DNA of 64,000 nucleotides from Promethearchaeota archaeon (GTDB lineage Archaea; Asgardarchaeota; Lokiarchaeia; Sigyniarchaeales; SOKP01): NCBI GenBank assembly GCA_013375475.1, contig JABXKD010000004.1, positions 10,659 to 74,658 of the forward strand, read 5' to 3'. Shown piece by piece: positions 11,112 to 20,041 of this stretch (position 1 is its first letter; each line of letters starts with the position of its first letter). The notes under the pieces were generated by a model. It saw only the letters and a program-made list of their open reading frames with translations, ran no database searches and was not told where the DNA came from. The position numbers and the translations under genes were made by a program.

Positions 11112-11834
11112 TCAGTTTTCTTGTAGATATTTTAAAATTTTAAAACTTAAATCCTTCTCAGCGTCTTTCTTTCGTTTAAATTCCTCCGATCTTAACATCG
11201 AAGGAAGTTCAACTATTTTTTCTTGGTTTTGATCAAAAATTCGAGGATTTTTTGCAACCCACCAAGATTCATCATCTGGACCAAGCTTCTCGTATTCAAA
11301 GTCTAATTTCGGAGTCGTTTTGTAAACATTTTGAAGGTATTCTAAGAGTTGGTTTTTGTATAAATGCGGGGATTGTTCTATCATTGAACTCCAATCCTTA
11401 AAATATTTGTCTAATATTTTTTGCTCAACTGTTTTAAGATTATTATTAGAATCTAGATAAATTGCCCCACAAATAGCTTCAAAAACCTCAGCTAGGATGG
11501 ATGTTCCTTCTATTTTTTGTTTATTTGATGCAAATATATATCTCCATAATTCCATCTCGTTAGCTACTCTTAAAAATGTCTGGTTATCTTCGATCCGTTG
11601 TTTAGTTTTCGTTAAATTACCTGGATCGTCTTCACCTTCATTGTACATTTTCAAACTGAAGATCAATTTTAACACTATATCTCCAAGATTTTCCAAGATT
11701 TCATAATGAGGTAGTTTATTTTCATTTCCATATTGAGGTGTGGTTAGCGCTTGGAGCAATATCTTTGAATTCTTAAATTGATATCCTACAAAATCTTGAA
11801 ATTGCTTAATTTTATCTTCCATAAATTTATCCAT
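11112..11834 (-). CDS. rnc: Ribonuclease III (class 1: RNase III domain plus C-terminal dsRBD-like tail)
   Basis: FVGYQFKNSKILLQALTTP opening, signature YEILENLGD (bacterial consensus ERLEFLGD), second acidic box AEVFEAICGAIYLD, dsRBD-like end YKNQLLEYLQ ... RKKDAEKDLSFKILKYL. Confidence 0.8.
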   Translation of the reverse strand: MDKFMEDKIKQFQDFVGYQFKNSKILLQALTTPQYGNENKLPHYEILENLGDIVLKLIFSLKMYNEGEDDPGNLTKTKQRIEDNQTFLRVANEMELWRYIFASNKQKIEGTSILAEVFEAICGAIYLDSNNNLKTVEQKILDKYFKDWSSMIEQSPHLYKNQLLEYLQNVYKTTPKLDFEYEKLGPDDESWWVAKNPRIFDQNQEKIVELPSMLRSEEFKRKKDAEKDLSFKILKYLQEN

Positions 11835-11888
11835 ATCAATAAAATATATAAGGAAAAATTTAAAAATTTAAACAAAGTTAGGTTATAT

Positions 11889-12320
11889 ATGGAGCGGGAA
11901 ATTGTTGATAAAGCTCTTTCAATCCTTAAAGAAATTGATGAAAAAAAAATTAAAATAGAAGAACTTCTTTCAGATATGTCAATTTCCTCAAGAAACGATC
12001 TTCTTAGAGAGATAAACCGAGATATTATTGAAAATAATAGTCTTATTAAAGAACATAGATTATCCAATAAATTTGTTTGCGAACCAATATCTTCGGATCC
12101 AGAGGTAATATCAATTAATTCCCTTCTTGAGAATCTTGTCTCTAACATTGAAAAAAATCCCTCCAAAAAGGTTATATACTTAAGGCTTTTTCTTGACAGA
12201 TTTCACGGTATATCGGATCAGGATAAAAAAGTAATTATCCAATCTATCAAGGAGGAAGATACTAAGGGATTAAAAGAAAAAATAATCTCACTTATTAAAG
12301 TTTTTAAGTTAGAAATTTAA
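11889..12320 (+). CDS. Hypothetical K/E-rich helical protein
   Basis: Track ORF 11778..12320 overlaps the rnc start, so I prefer the internal ATG 11889 (MEREIVDK), preceded by AGGT about 6 nt upstream. The antisense ORF 11786..12166 is S/L/I-rich, typical of a shadow frame. Confidence 0.5.
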   Translation: MEREIVDKALSILKEIDEKKIKIEELLSDMSISSRNDLLREINRDIIENNSLIKEHRLSNKFVCEPISSDPEVISINSLLENLVSNIEKNPSKKVIYLRLFLDRFHGISDQDKKVIIQSIKEEDTKGLKEKIISLIKVFKLEI

Positions 12321-12393
12321 ACATTTTAGCTTATTTTCCTTCTACTAAAGATTTTAATATTTAAAAAAAGGAGTTTAGAATAAAATAGTAAAT

Positions 12394-12789
12394 TTAATAA
12401 TTAAAAAGCTCTAATAATGTTAGTGCTTTAAAGAGCCCTCTTATCCTTATCTTGAAAGTAAGAACTTTGCCTACAACGCTACCAATACTAAGATCTTCAC
12501 TCGTTAGAAGTTCGACAAAATCGTTTGTCTTTGCCTGTATACGCCCATCCCATCCTACTTTTTTCTTCTTAAGGTTTTCCTTTGGATTATTCTCAACTTC
12601 TTCAACGCAGATAGTTCCTTTATCAATAATTATCAATGCCGCGTTCTTTCCGTCAGTCGCATTTAAAAGAATTTTGATGGTTCTATCCTTAAAATCTTCT
12701 TTGAATTTTTCAATCTCGTTTAATGGTTCGATTTGCTTGGATACAACGCTAGCAAAACCTCTAATTCTTTTCTTTTTTTCTTCAGCCAT
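12394..12789 (-). CDS. SCP2 (sterol-carrier-protein-2-like) domain protein
   Basis: Size and pattern of SCP2 domains: KILLNATDGKNAALIIIDKGTI ... DGRIQAKTNDFVELLTSEDLSIGSVVGKVLTFKIRIRGLFKALTLLELF (compare the usual ...FxxLLtGKLnpxxAfmxGKLKIkG). Confidence 0.5.
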   Translation of the reverse strand: MAEEKKKRIRGFASVVSKQIEPLNEIEKFKEDFKDRTIKILLNATDGKNAALIIIDKGTICVEEVENNPKENLKKKKVGWDGRIQAKTNDFVELLTSEDLSIGSVVGKVLTFKIRIRGLFKALTLLELFNY

Positions 12790-12951
12790 ATTAATCAGTT
12801 TTTAAACTAATATTATCTAAAATGAAATTTTTTCTCCCAATTATATTTTATCATTTTATTTTTAGTTATATGATTGCAAACATAATTTCAATTTATAGTG
12901 CAAAATGAGAAAGAAAAAATGAGCTAAAATTGGTGTGTTGCTTTTAAGAAA

Positions 12952-13206
12952 CTAATACTCTTCTGCTCCACCTACATCAAAGAATTCCTCAAAAGCTTTT
13001 CGATCTCGTGACGAAATTTTAACGCTAGCTAAGGTTTCCTTCACAACGATAGGAGCTGTTTCTTTTTCGTCGTGCCTGATTTTCTTAACTATTTTAAAAT
13101 CGTCAGACTCCGTATCCAATTCAAATTCCTTATCGCACGCTTTACAATATAATATTTTCTGGTTCTTAGGGAAAATTATATTTTCGCAATCTGGACAGAA
13201 TTTAAT
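12952..13206 (-). CDS. Small zinc-ribbon protein (TFS/RpoM-type N-terminal ribbon) with no canonical start codon
   Basis: Not in the track. Open frame 12952..13233 (stop to stop) contains no ATG/GTG/TTG. My translation: S-I-I-KFCPDCENIIFPKNQKILYCKACDKEFELD...RKAFEEFFDVGGAEEY. GGTGA (13214-13218) lies 7 nt upstream of ATT 13206. An A/T-rich TATA-like box lies about 30 nt further upstream. Confidence 0.4.
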   Translation of the reverse strand: MKFCPDCENIIFPKNQKILYCKACDKEFELDTESDDFKIVKKIRHDEKETAPIVVKETLASVKISSRDRKAFEEFFDVGGAEEY

Positions 13207-13551
13207 GATTGAATCACCAATTTTTTTTGTTTTTTATATTATTTTATCGTAAAACAAATTCTTGTATGTGTTATACAATATTCTTTTATCAATTAATTAT
13301 AAAACTACTTAACCTATATAAACTTAATGGCGACCAATAAGAGAAGTTGAGTTCAGATATTTAAACTTTTCTTTTACGTAATTATTGTATTGCTAATAAT
13401 TCGGCTATAAAAATTTGGTTTGTGAAAGTGGTGATTATCAGAAGTTTTCGTTTCAATAGTCAATCGATTTAACTTTAGTAAAATAAACATTTAATTAAAA
13501 AGAGATATTAAATTTCCTTAGCAAAATTAAATTTTAAGGGAATTTTATACA

Positions 13552-14301
13552 ATGAACAATTTGAAAAATCGAATCTTAATTATAGGGCATCGTGGTGCAA
13601 GCTCGGATTCACCCGAAAACACACTAAAAGCGTTTCAAAAAGCGATAGAGTATAAAGCTAATTATATTGAATTTGATCTTTTTAAGTCAAAAGATGGCGA
13701 ACTTGTTATTACTCATGATCCAGAATTATCAAGACTTACAGGACGCTCGGGGTTTGTAGAAGATTCAACTTTAGAGGAATTGAAAACTCTTGATTTTGGG
13801 GAAGGTGAGAAAATACCCACTTTGTTAGATGTAATTAATCTCACCAAGGGTAAGATCGGGTTATGTGTAGAAGTTATATCTACAAATATCGGTGAAAAAT
13901 TAGTTCAGTTGTTAAGAGAATCAGATTTGGTTGAAGATACAATCATTAGCTCATTTAATTTTAAAGAACTTAAAAAGATTCAAAAATTAGAGCCAAAATT
14001 TAAATTTGCATCTTTAATACCCTATGATGTAAAAGTGTATAATAATCCAAAATGGAACAACTGGAAGATTAAAAAACAAGCGATTGATAGAGCTGCAAAA
14101 AATAACTTCTCGTTTATCCATCCTCATTATGTGATAGTCGATAAACAACTTATAGATTATTCACATCAGCGAAAACTTAGGGTAAATGTTTATACTGTTG
14201 ATGTTAAGCCCGTTATAAGGAGATTGATTAAGAATGGTGTTGACGGGATATTAACCAATGATATTATTGCAGCAAAAGAAGTGATTAATAAAATTAAGTA
14301 A
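13552..14301 (+). CDS. Glycerophosphodiester phosphodiesterase (GDPD family), copy 1
   Basis: [19 protein letters not shown] ... YIEFDLFKSKDGELVITHD ... IPTLLDV: canonical GDPD N-terminal motifs (HRG, ENT, E-x-D, HD). Confidence 0.85.
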   Translation: MNNLKNRILIIGHRGASSDSPENTLKAFQKAIEYKANYIEFDLFKSKDGELVITHDPELSRLTGRSGFVEDSTLEELKTLDFGEGEKIPTLLDVINLTKGKIGLCVEVISTNIGEKLVQLLRESDLVEDTIISSFNFKELKKIQKLEPKFKFASLIPYDVKVYNNPKWNNWKIKKQAIDRAAKNNFSFIHPHYVIVDKQLIDYSHQRKLRVNVYTVDVKPVIRRLIKNGVDGILTNDIIAAKEVINKIK

Positions 14302-14324
14302 ATAGTAAAGTTAGGATGTTACCT

Positions 14325-15056
14325 TTATGGTTTTAATTTTTTTCTTAATCTTTGTAAATCTATTGGATTCCCTTCTAAACAAATTGCGTTTATGTTATTT
14401 AAGTGATCTAATTCCTTTATTTGTATAATTTTATTGTGCCTACAACCAAAGAAACATAAATTTGAAAGATGTGATAACCCTTCAATATCCCTTATTTTAT
14501 TATAACTCAAATCTAAATCTTCTAAATTACTTAGGTGTTGGAGATTAGATATGGAGGGAATTTTGTTATTTATAAGATTTAAACTCCTTAAATTAATAAG
14601 GGAATCAAGTCCCTCAATCTCAGAAATCAGATTATCACACAAACACAAAAATTTTAATTTTTTAAGTTTATTTAAATTGCTAATTCTTGAAATCTTATTT
14701 TTTTTTAACCAAAGTTCTTCTAGGTTATGAAGAGAATTTAAACCTTTAATTTCAGAAATTAGATTCTTTTTCAACCATAATACTCTTAGGTTTTCTAGAT
14801 TATCAAGTCCTTTTATTTCAATAATTTGATTATTATTTAAACATAAAATCTCTAATTTTTTAAGTTTATCTAAGCCACTAATTTGAGATATTTGGTTATT
14901 TGATAAATCTAAAATGTGTAAATTAGATAAATTTTCGAGGTATTGTATTTTTTCAATGTCCTTTATGCCTTTATTGGTTATATATAAGGCTTGATTTTCA
15001 ACATTAAATTTTTGTCCATTATATAGAACAAAATTTTGACTATGTTGTATGGTCAT
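14325..15056 (-). CDS. Leucine-rich repeat protein (about nine 22-residue SDS22/internalin-type LRRs)
   Basis: Regular repeats LxxLxxLxLxxNxIxxIxGL throughout, e.g. LENLSNLHILDLSNNQISQISGLDKLKKLEILCLNNNQIIEIKGL. Confidence 0.85.
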   Translation of the reverse strand: MTIQHSQNFVLYNGQKFNVENQALYITNKGIKDIEKIQYLENLSNLHILDLSNNQISQISGLDKLKKLEILCLNNNQIIEIKGLDNLENLRVLWLKKNLISEIKGLNSLHNLEELWLKKNKISRISNLNKLKKLKFLCLCDNLISEIEGLDSLINLRSLNLINNKIPSISNLQHLSNLEDLDLSYNKIRDIEGLSHLSNLCFFGCRHNKIIQIKELDHLNNINAICLEGNPIDLQRLRKKLKP

Positions 15057-15177
15057 GGATTGATATTGATTTTAGTCAATCTCTTATTTAAACTTATCGC
15101 ATATGTTCAAATTAAATAAGGAAAACAAATGCTAAATTTTAAAGCAATAATTAATTACATTATGAGAGAATATCAAT

Positions 15178-15909
15178 ATGAATGCAAATAACAGGATTAT
15201 CATCATGGGTCATCGAGGTGCAAGTAAAATAGCCCCCGAGAATACATTAATAGCATTTAAAGAGGCAATTCGCTTAGGAGCAGATTATGTTGAATTTGAT
15301 GTCCAAGAGACAATAGATGGTGAAATTGTTATAATTCATGATTACAATACACTTAGAACAGCAGGAATCGAAAGTATTGTAAAACAAATGACACTTAAAG
15401 AATTAAAAAAATTAAATTTTGGAAATGGTGAGCGAATTCCAACCCTATTGGAATTAATTGATTTAGCAAAGGATAAAATCTCTCTCAATTGCGAAATTAA
15501 GGCAGAAGGTATCGCTAAAACAATCATTCAAATTTTCCAAGATGGTGATATCCTTGATTCTACAATAATTAGTTCATTTTTACATGAAGAATTGGTTAAG
15601 ATACAAAAAATTGAACCAGAATTAAAATTAGCAACTCTTGTTCCTACTGAGGCAGGAAAATTCTCAGATTGGACCTACAAAAAAAAATTAATTGATTACA
15701 CTTCTGAGAATAATTACTACGCAATTAATCCGCTATATAAACTAGCTGATAGACAATTTATCGAATATGCCCATGAAAAAAATGTTAAAGTTTTTCCTTG
15801 GACTGTTGATTCTGGGATTGCTATGAGGAAATTAATAAATATTGGCACAGATGGAATTATTACCAACGATATTTCTCGACTTAAAGAAGTTTTGAACGGC
15901 ATTATCTAA
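15178..15909 (+). CDS. Glycerophosphodiester phosphodiesterase (GDPD family), copy 2
   Basis: IMGHRGASKIAPENTLIAF ... YVEFDVQETIDGEIVIIHD ... IPTLLELI. Colinear with copy 1. Confidence 0.85.
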   Translation: MNANNRIIIMGHRGASKIAPENTLIAFKEAIRLGADYVEFDVQETIDGEIVIIHDYNTLRTAGIESIVKQMTLKELKKLNFGNGERIPTLLELIDLAKDKISLNCEIKAEGIAKTIIQIFQDGDILDSTIISSFLHEELVKIQKIEPELKLATLVPTEAGKFSDWTYKKKLIDYTSENNYYAINPLYKLADRQFIEYAHEKNVKVFPWTVDSGIAMRKLINIGTDGIITNDISRLKEVLNGII

Positions 15910-15951
15910 TCTAATTAATAAAATTTAATTATAAATTCACAAGGAGATAAT

Positions 15952-16677
15952 ATTTTTAGTAGAAAATATAATGATTTTTTAGTAATAGGCCATAGAGGAG
16001 CTAGTTCTGAAGCACCTGAAAACACATTAAAAGCATTTGAAAGAGCAATTGAGTTAAATGCAGATTATATCGAATTTGATCTTCAGAAGACTCTCGACAA
16101 TTAAATAATTATAAGCCATGATCCTAATCTTTTAAGAACAGCTGGGAAATTAAAAGACTTACGAGATATGTCAATTGAAGAAATTAAGAAAATAGATATT
16201 GGGGAGGGGGAACGAATACCTACATTACATGAATTAATAGCAATTACTAAAGGAAAAATAAAACTCCAACCCGAAATAATAGCTCCAGGAATTACTAATG
16301 AATTAATTAACATTTTAAGAGAAGAAAACCTAATTAACACCACAATCATAAGCAGTTTTCAGATTGAAGAACTATTAAAAGTAAAGGAAATTGAACCGGG
16401 ATTAAAAATAGGCTATTTACTTCCTAAAGCTTTAACAAAAATACGAATAGTAAAACGAAGAGTTCAAAAAGCAATAGAGAATGAATTATATGCTATCCAC
16501 CCATATTATCCAATAGTCGATAAAGAGTTTGTAGATTTTGCTCATAATAATGGACTTAAAGTTAATGTATTTACAGTAAATGAGGAAGATATGATGAGAA
16601 AACTGATTAATTTAGGTGTCGACGGAATTTTTACTGATGATATTACTTTATTATATAGAACTCTAGGAAGAATTTAG
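15952..16677 (+). pseudogene. GDPD copy 3, interrupted by an in-frame TAA (16102-16104) and lacking a canonical start
   Basis: One frame reads (ATT)[59 protein letters not shown]... and continues into track ORF 16168..16677. The TAA sits where both paralogues have GAA (Glu of DGE). AAGGAG (15941-15946) is 5 nt upstream of ATT 15952. No ATG/GTG/TTG lies in frame before GHRGA. Confidence 0.6.
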
Positions 16678-16746
16678 CAATAAAATATTTTAGTCAAGCT
16701 CTATTATTATTTTTAATAATTTAAACGAATTTTATGTAAATTAACA

Positions 16747-18237
16747 ATGTCTGCATCAAAAGAATCACCAATAGACTTTGAAAGGCTCTTCTTTCCAAGA
16801 GCTATTGGAATTATCGGGGCGGGCTACGATCCTGCTGGTGGTGGTTTTTTCGTTAGAGCATTGAAAGATAAATATCGAGGAAAAACCTATTATTTTAATC
16901 CAAGATTAGCGGGTAAAATCTTGTTAGGTCAAAAAGTTTACAGCTCAGTCTTAGAAATTTCTGAGCCAATCGATTACGTCATAATTGCAGTCCCTGCGCG
17001 CATTGTTCCAAAAGTATTAGAAGAAGTTGGCCAAAGATCGATTCCGTTTTGCACGATTTTTTCTTCAGGATTTCGCGAAGTGGGAAACGAAGAACTTGAA
17101 CAATTAACACTTCAAACTGCACGCAAATACAATGTGAGAATCATAGGTCCAAATTGCATTGGAATATACAATCCTAAAGGTGGTCTTTTTTTTGCTTATG
17201 AACAATCGCGTAAATCCGGAAACTTTGGAGGAATCTTCCAGTCGGGGGGAATTGCGCAAAATATCTCTGAACTCATTGTATCCTACGGATTATATGCATC
17301 AAAATTAATTTCTATAGGAAATTCTTTGGATTTATCTCCAGTTGAGTTTCTTGAATACTTCCTAACCGACGAATATACGAAGATTATTGGATTATATATT
17401 GAGAACTTAAGATCCATCGAACAAGGTAGAAACTTTATGGAGATTGTTAAGAAATGCAATTTAAACCGGAAACCTGTAATTCTATGGAGAGCCGGATACG
17501 GTGAAGCAACTAAAAAAGCGATATTATCTCATACAGGGGGGTTAGCCGGGAACAACGAAATATGGAACGCAGTAGGAAAACAAACTGGTAGTTGCATCGT
17601 GAGCAATTCTAACGAACTTGCGGCGCTAGCTTCAGCATTTAACTTAACTCACTTACCAAATACGAGAAATGTTGGCGTTATCGGGATCGGAGGAGGCTCT
17701 ACTATAGAGGCTATTGACATTTTAGAGCGGTATAACCTAACAATTCCACAATTATCCGAAAAAATAATCAACAAAATGAAAGGATTCGTTCCGGATGTAA
17801 ATACCAATATCTCAAACCCTATCGATTTAGGTGGGACGGGAATCCAACCTAATATCTATTATCGCACTATACTAGCGTTAGATAAAGATCCAAATGTTTC
17901 TGCTATTATTTTCATAAAAGATCCTGAACGATTCCAGGGTGTTGAGAAATTAATGAAAGAATTAGGATATAAAGGATTAGATTTGAATCGAGAATTTATT
18001 CGATATATCAATAAAGCCAAGGATGTGTGTACGAAGCCATTATATTGTGTGATGTTAAAAATCAACGAAGGGTTCGAAGAGTATAAAAGTAGATATAAAT
18101 TCAAGTTAAAATTGCTCAATCGTAACGTTCCTGTCTTTGAGACTATTGAACTCGCTGGAACCGTAGTAGATAAGCTAAATTCCTATCGAGAATTCTTGGA
18201 AAAACATAAAAAATATCCAAAATATAAAGATATGTAG
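16747..18237 (+). CDS. ADP-forming acyl-CoA synthetase alpha-subunit-like protein (CoA-binding plus succinyl-CoA-synthetase-like flavodoxin domains)
   Basis: FPRAIGIIGAG (CoA-binding Rossmann start), IIGPNCIGIYNPKGG, ILSHTGGLAG (phosphohistidine-loop-like). Colinear with the 60287..61690 paralogue. No beta (ATP-grasp) subunit adjacent. Confidence 0.7.
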   Translation: MSASKESPIDFERLFFPRAIGIIGAGYDPAGGGFFVRALKDKYRGKTYYFNPRLAGKILLGQKVYSSVLEISEPIDYVIIAVPARIVPKVLEEVGQRSIPFCTIFSSGFREVGNEELEQLTLQTARKYNVRIIGPNCIGIYNPKGGLFFAYEQSRKSGNFGGIFQSGGIAQNISELIVSYGLYASKLISIGNSLDLSPVEFLEYFLTDEYTKIIGLYIENLRSIEQGRNFMEIVKKCNLNRKPVILWRAGYGEATKKAILSHTGGLAGNNEIWNAVGKQTGSCIVSNSNELAALASAFNLTHLPNTRNVGVIGIGGGSTIEAIDILERYNLTIPQLSEKIINKMKGFVPDVNTNISNPIDLGGTGIQPNIYYRTILALDKDPNVSAIIFIKDPERFQGVEKLMKELGYKGLDLNREFIRYINKAKDVCTKPLYCVMLKINEGFEEYKSRYKFKLKLLNRNVPVFETIELAGTVVDKLNSYREFLEKHKKYPKYKDM

Positions 18238-18277
18238 TAAGAAACAAAATTCAGAATTAGCAAACTAGTTGCGTTTA

Positions 18278-18967
18278 TTAGGTTAAAAAGTTCGTTTCGC
18301 TAAACTGGTTTAGAATTTCTTCCTTTTTATTTAATAGATTGATGTCATTTGGCTTTAATTTTAATGCAATGTTAATACACTCAATTGATTCTTCTGTCTT
18401 TCCCATCTCATATAATAAATTACTTTTATCGAGCATCAATTCAATATCTTTGCATAGAATATTCTTTACGGTGTCTAAACATGATTTAGCTTTACTGATC
18501 TTATTTTGTTTCAATAAATAGCTTCCTTTTTTTCCCAAATTTGAACATAATTATGTCTAAGAGTTAAAACTGTATTGAAACAGTCGAGAGCCTCATCTAA
18601 TTTTCCTAGTTTAGCAAGGACCCTACCCTTATTTTTCCAGCCAATATCATTCTCTGGTTTGATATTAAGCACAAAATCAAAACAATCTAAAGCTTCGATA
18701 AACTTACCAAGCTTAACCTTTATTATTCCATGCTCTTATATAATTCGATTTTATTTCTATCGCTCTATTAAAACAATCAATTGCTTCTTTAGGTTTTCCA
18801 AGTTTACAGAGCACAACACCTTTTTGATTCAATACATTCAAGTATAACGGGTAGAAGTTTAATGCTTCATCAAGAAAATGTAATGCTTCGTTGAACTGTT
18901 TAATTTTACAAAAATCTCTTGCTTTCTCAAAACAAGAACGAGCTTCAGGTGTTGGTATATGATACAT
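18278..18967 (-). pseudogene. TPR-repeat gene broken into three frames
   Basis: Track ORFs 18713..18967 and 18278..18538 plus an untracked middle frame (about 18511-18717: KVKLGKFIEALDCFDFVLNIKPENDIGWKNKGRVLAKLGKLDEALDCFNTVLTLRHNYVQIWEKK) together give 34-aa TPR periodicity. Junction 1 (about 18715) lacks 4 residues of a repeat, about an 11-nt deletion. Junction 2 falls in a T7 run (18527-18533). Confidence 0.6.
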
Positions 18968-19137
18968 TAATAATATTATTATATCTAATTTTTATTGGAT
19001 AGTGCTCCCTTACGATTTTCAGTAAATTTCAATTAAATTAATTTAACATACTATTTATATCTTACAATAATGTCATATGATTCATAACACAAATAAATAA
19101 CTATATCCAAAAAAAGTAAGATTTAATAAGCTAGTTA

Positions 19138-19938
19138 CTACTTAATGTGGTCTATATCAATAGGGCGTCCAGGACTTCCTTGGTAGTAGTATTTATCTGG
19201 TTTTCCTCTCCAGTTTTTATGTAAGACGGTATTTGGAAAGATAACATTATTATCCGTGGTTAAAGCATTTGGCCCCATGATTATTCCGGGATATAGGGTT
19301 GTATTACTGCCCATTTTAAGCTTCATCATAGTAATTTTTCCAAAAATAGTGTTAACTGCGTGACTTGATAGCGAAGAAGTAGGATAGAAAAACACGTTGT
19401 CTCCTATCTCAGTAAATTCTAACCCCACATAAGCGTCGCAATAAATAACATTCTTTCCAATTTTATTATGACTAATTCTTCTCAACGCTCGATTTACCAG
19501 CCATGGAAACGGTGATTTAGAAGTTAACCACATCGGAAATTTGATTATAAATCCCCGCTTATGATAATATTTCATCATTTTTCCTTCGGCGCTATCTTTA
19601 TCGTCTAAAACTCGTTTAAAAACACCTTCAACTGGAGGGGATTTTTTATTCCATCGCCGAGTCCATAACGCTGTAAACTCGATTAACAAAAGAAGATAAA
19701 TATAATAGAGAATTAAAAGAAAGACTGGAAGAATTAAGAAATGAATAGCAAGCGGAATTGAGAATGTTATGATAAAACCATATTCAAATAAGAGAAAAAG
19801 CCCTAAACAAGCGTAGAGAGGTACCAAAAAGCTTATAATATTGATTTTAAAAAAGTCCAAGATTGGAAGCTCTACTACTTTATCCTTTTTCTGATCAAAT
19901 TCAGAATTTATTTTTTCTCCCGCTTTATCATCGTTCAT
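19138..19938 (-). CDS. Membrane-anchored protein with C-terminal left-handed beta-helix (hexapeptide-repeat acyltransferase-like) domain
   Basis: Two to three N-terminal TM helices. The C-terminus IGKNVIYCDAYVGLEFTEIGDNVFF ... GSNTTLYPGIIMGPNALTTDNNVIFPNTVL resembles hexapeptide repeats. Fold call is tentative. Confidence 0.45.
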   Translation of the reverse strand: MNDDKAGEKINSEFDQKKDKVVELPILDFFKINIISFLVPLYACLGLFLLFEYGFIITFSIPLAIHFLILPVFLLILYYIYLLLLIEFTALWTRRWNKKSPPVEGVFKRVLDDKDSAEGKMMKYYHKRGFIIKFPMWLTSKSPFPWLVNRALRRISHNKIGKNVIYCDAYVGLEFTEIGDNVFFYPTSSLSSHAVNTIFGKITMMKLKMGSNTTLYPGIIMGPNALTTDNNVIFPNTVLHKNWRGKPDKYYYQGSPGRPIDIDHIK

Positions 19939-20041
19939 AATATTATTATTACAAAAATCTTATAAAAAACTATTTACGATATACATGCTATTTTAATAGC
20001 TCAAACTTTGTTTAAAAAAAGAAAAAATAAACAAAAGAAAC

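Noticed and set aside
11497-12805. 11497..11706 (+), 11786..12166 (-), 12452..12805 (+)
   Set aside because: Antisense or overlapping frames of rnc, the 11889..12320 gene and the SCP2 gene. No motifs and low-complexity S/L/F-rich translations.
15971-15981. Poly-T (T6) frameshift as the explanation for the missing start of GDPD copy 3 (ATG 15971 out of frame)
   Set aside because: Adding one T would give [11 protein letters not shown]. However, an in-frame ATT with a much better AAGGAG at 5 nt exists at 15952 and gives an N-terminal length closer to the paralogues. Kept only as an alternative.
15342-18847. 15342..15527, 15717..15902, 16101..16349, 17859..18119, 18339..18521, 18575..18847
   Set aside because: Shadow ORFs opposite the GDPD, ACD and TPR coding frames, whose own translations carry clear family motifs.
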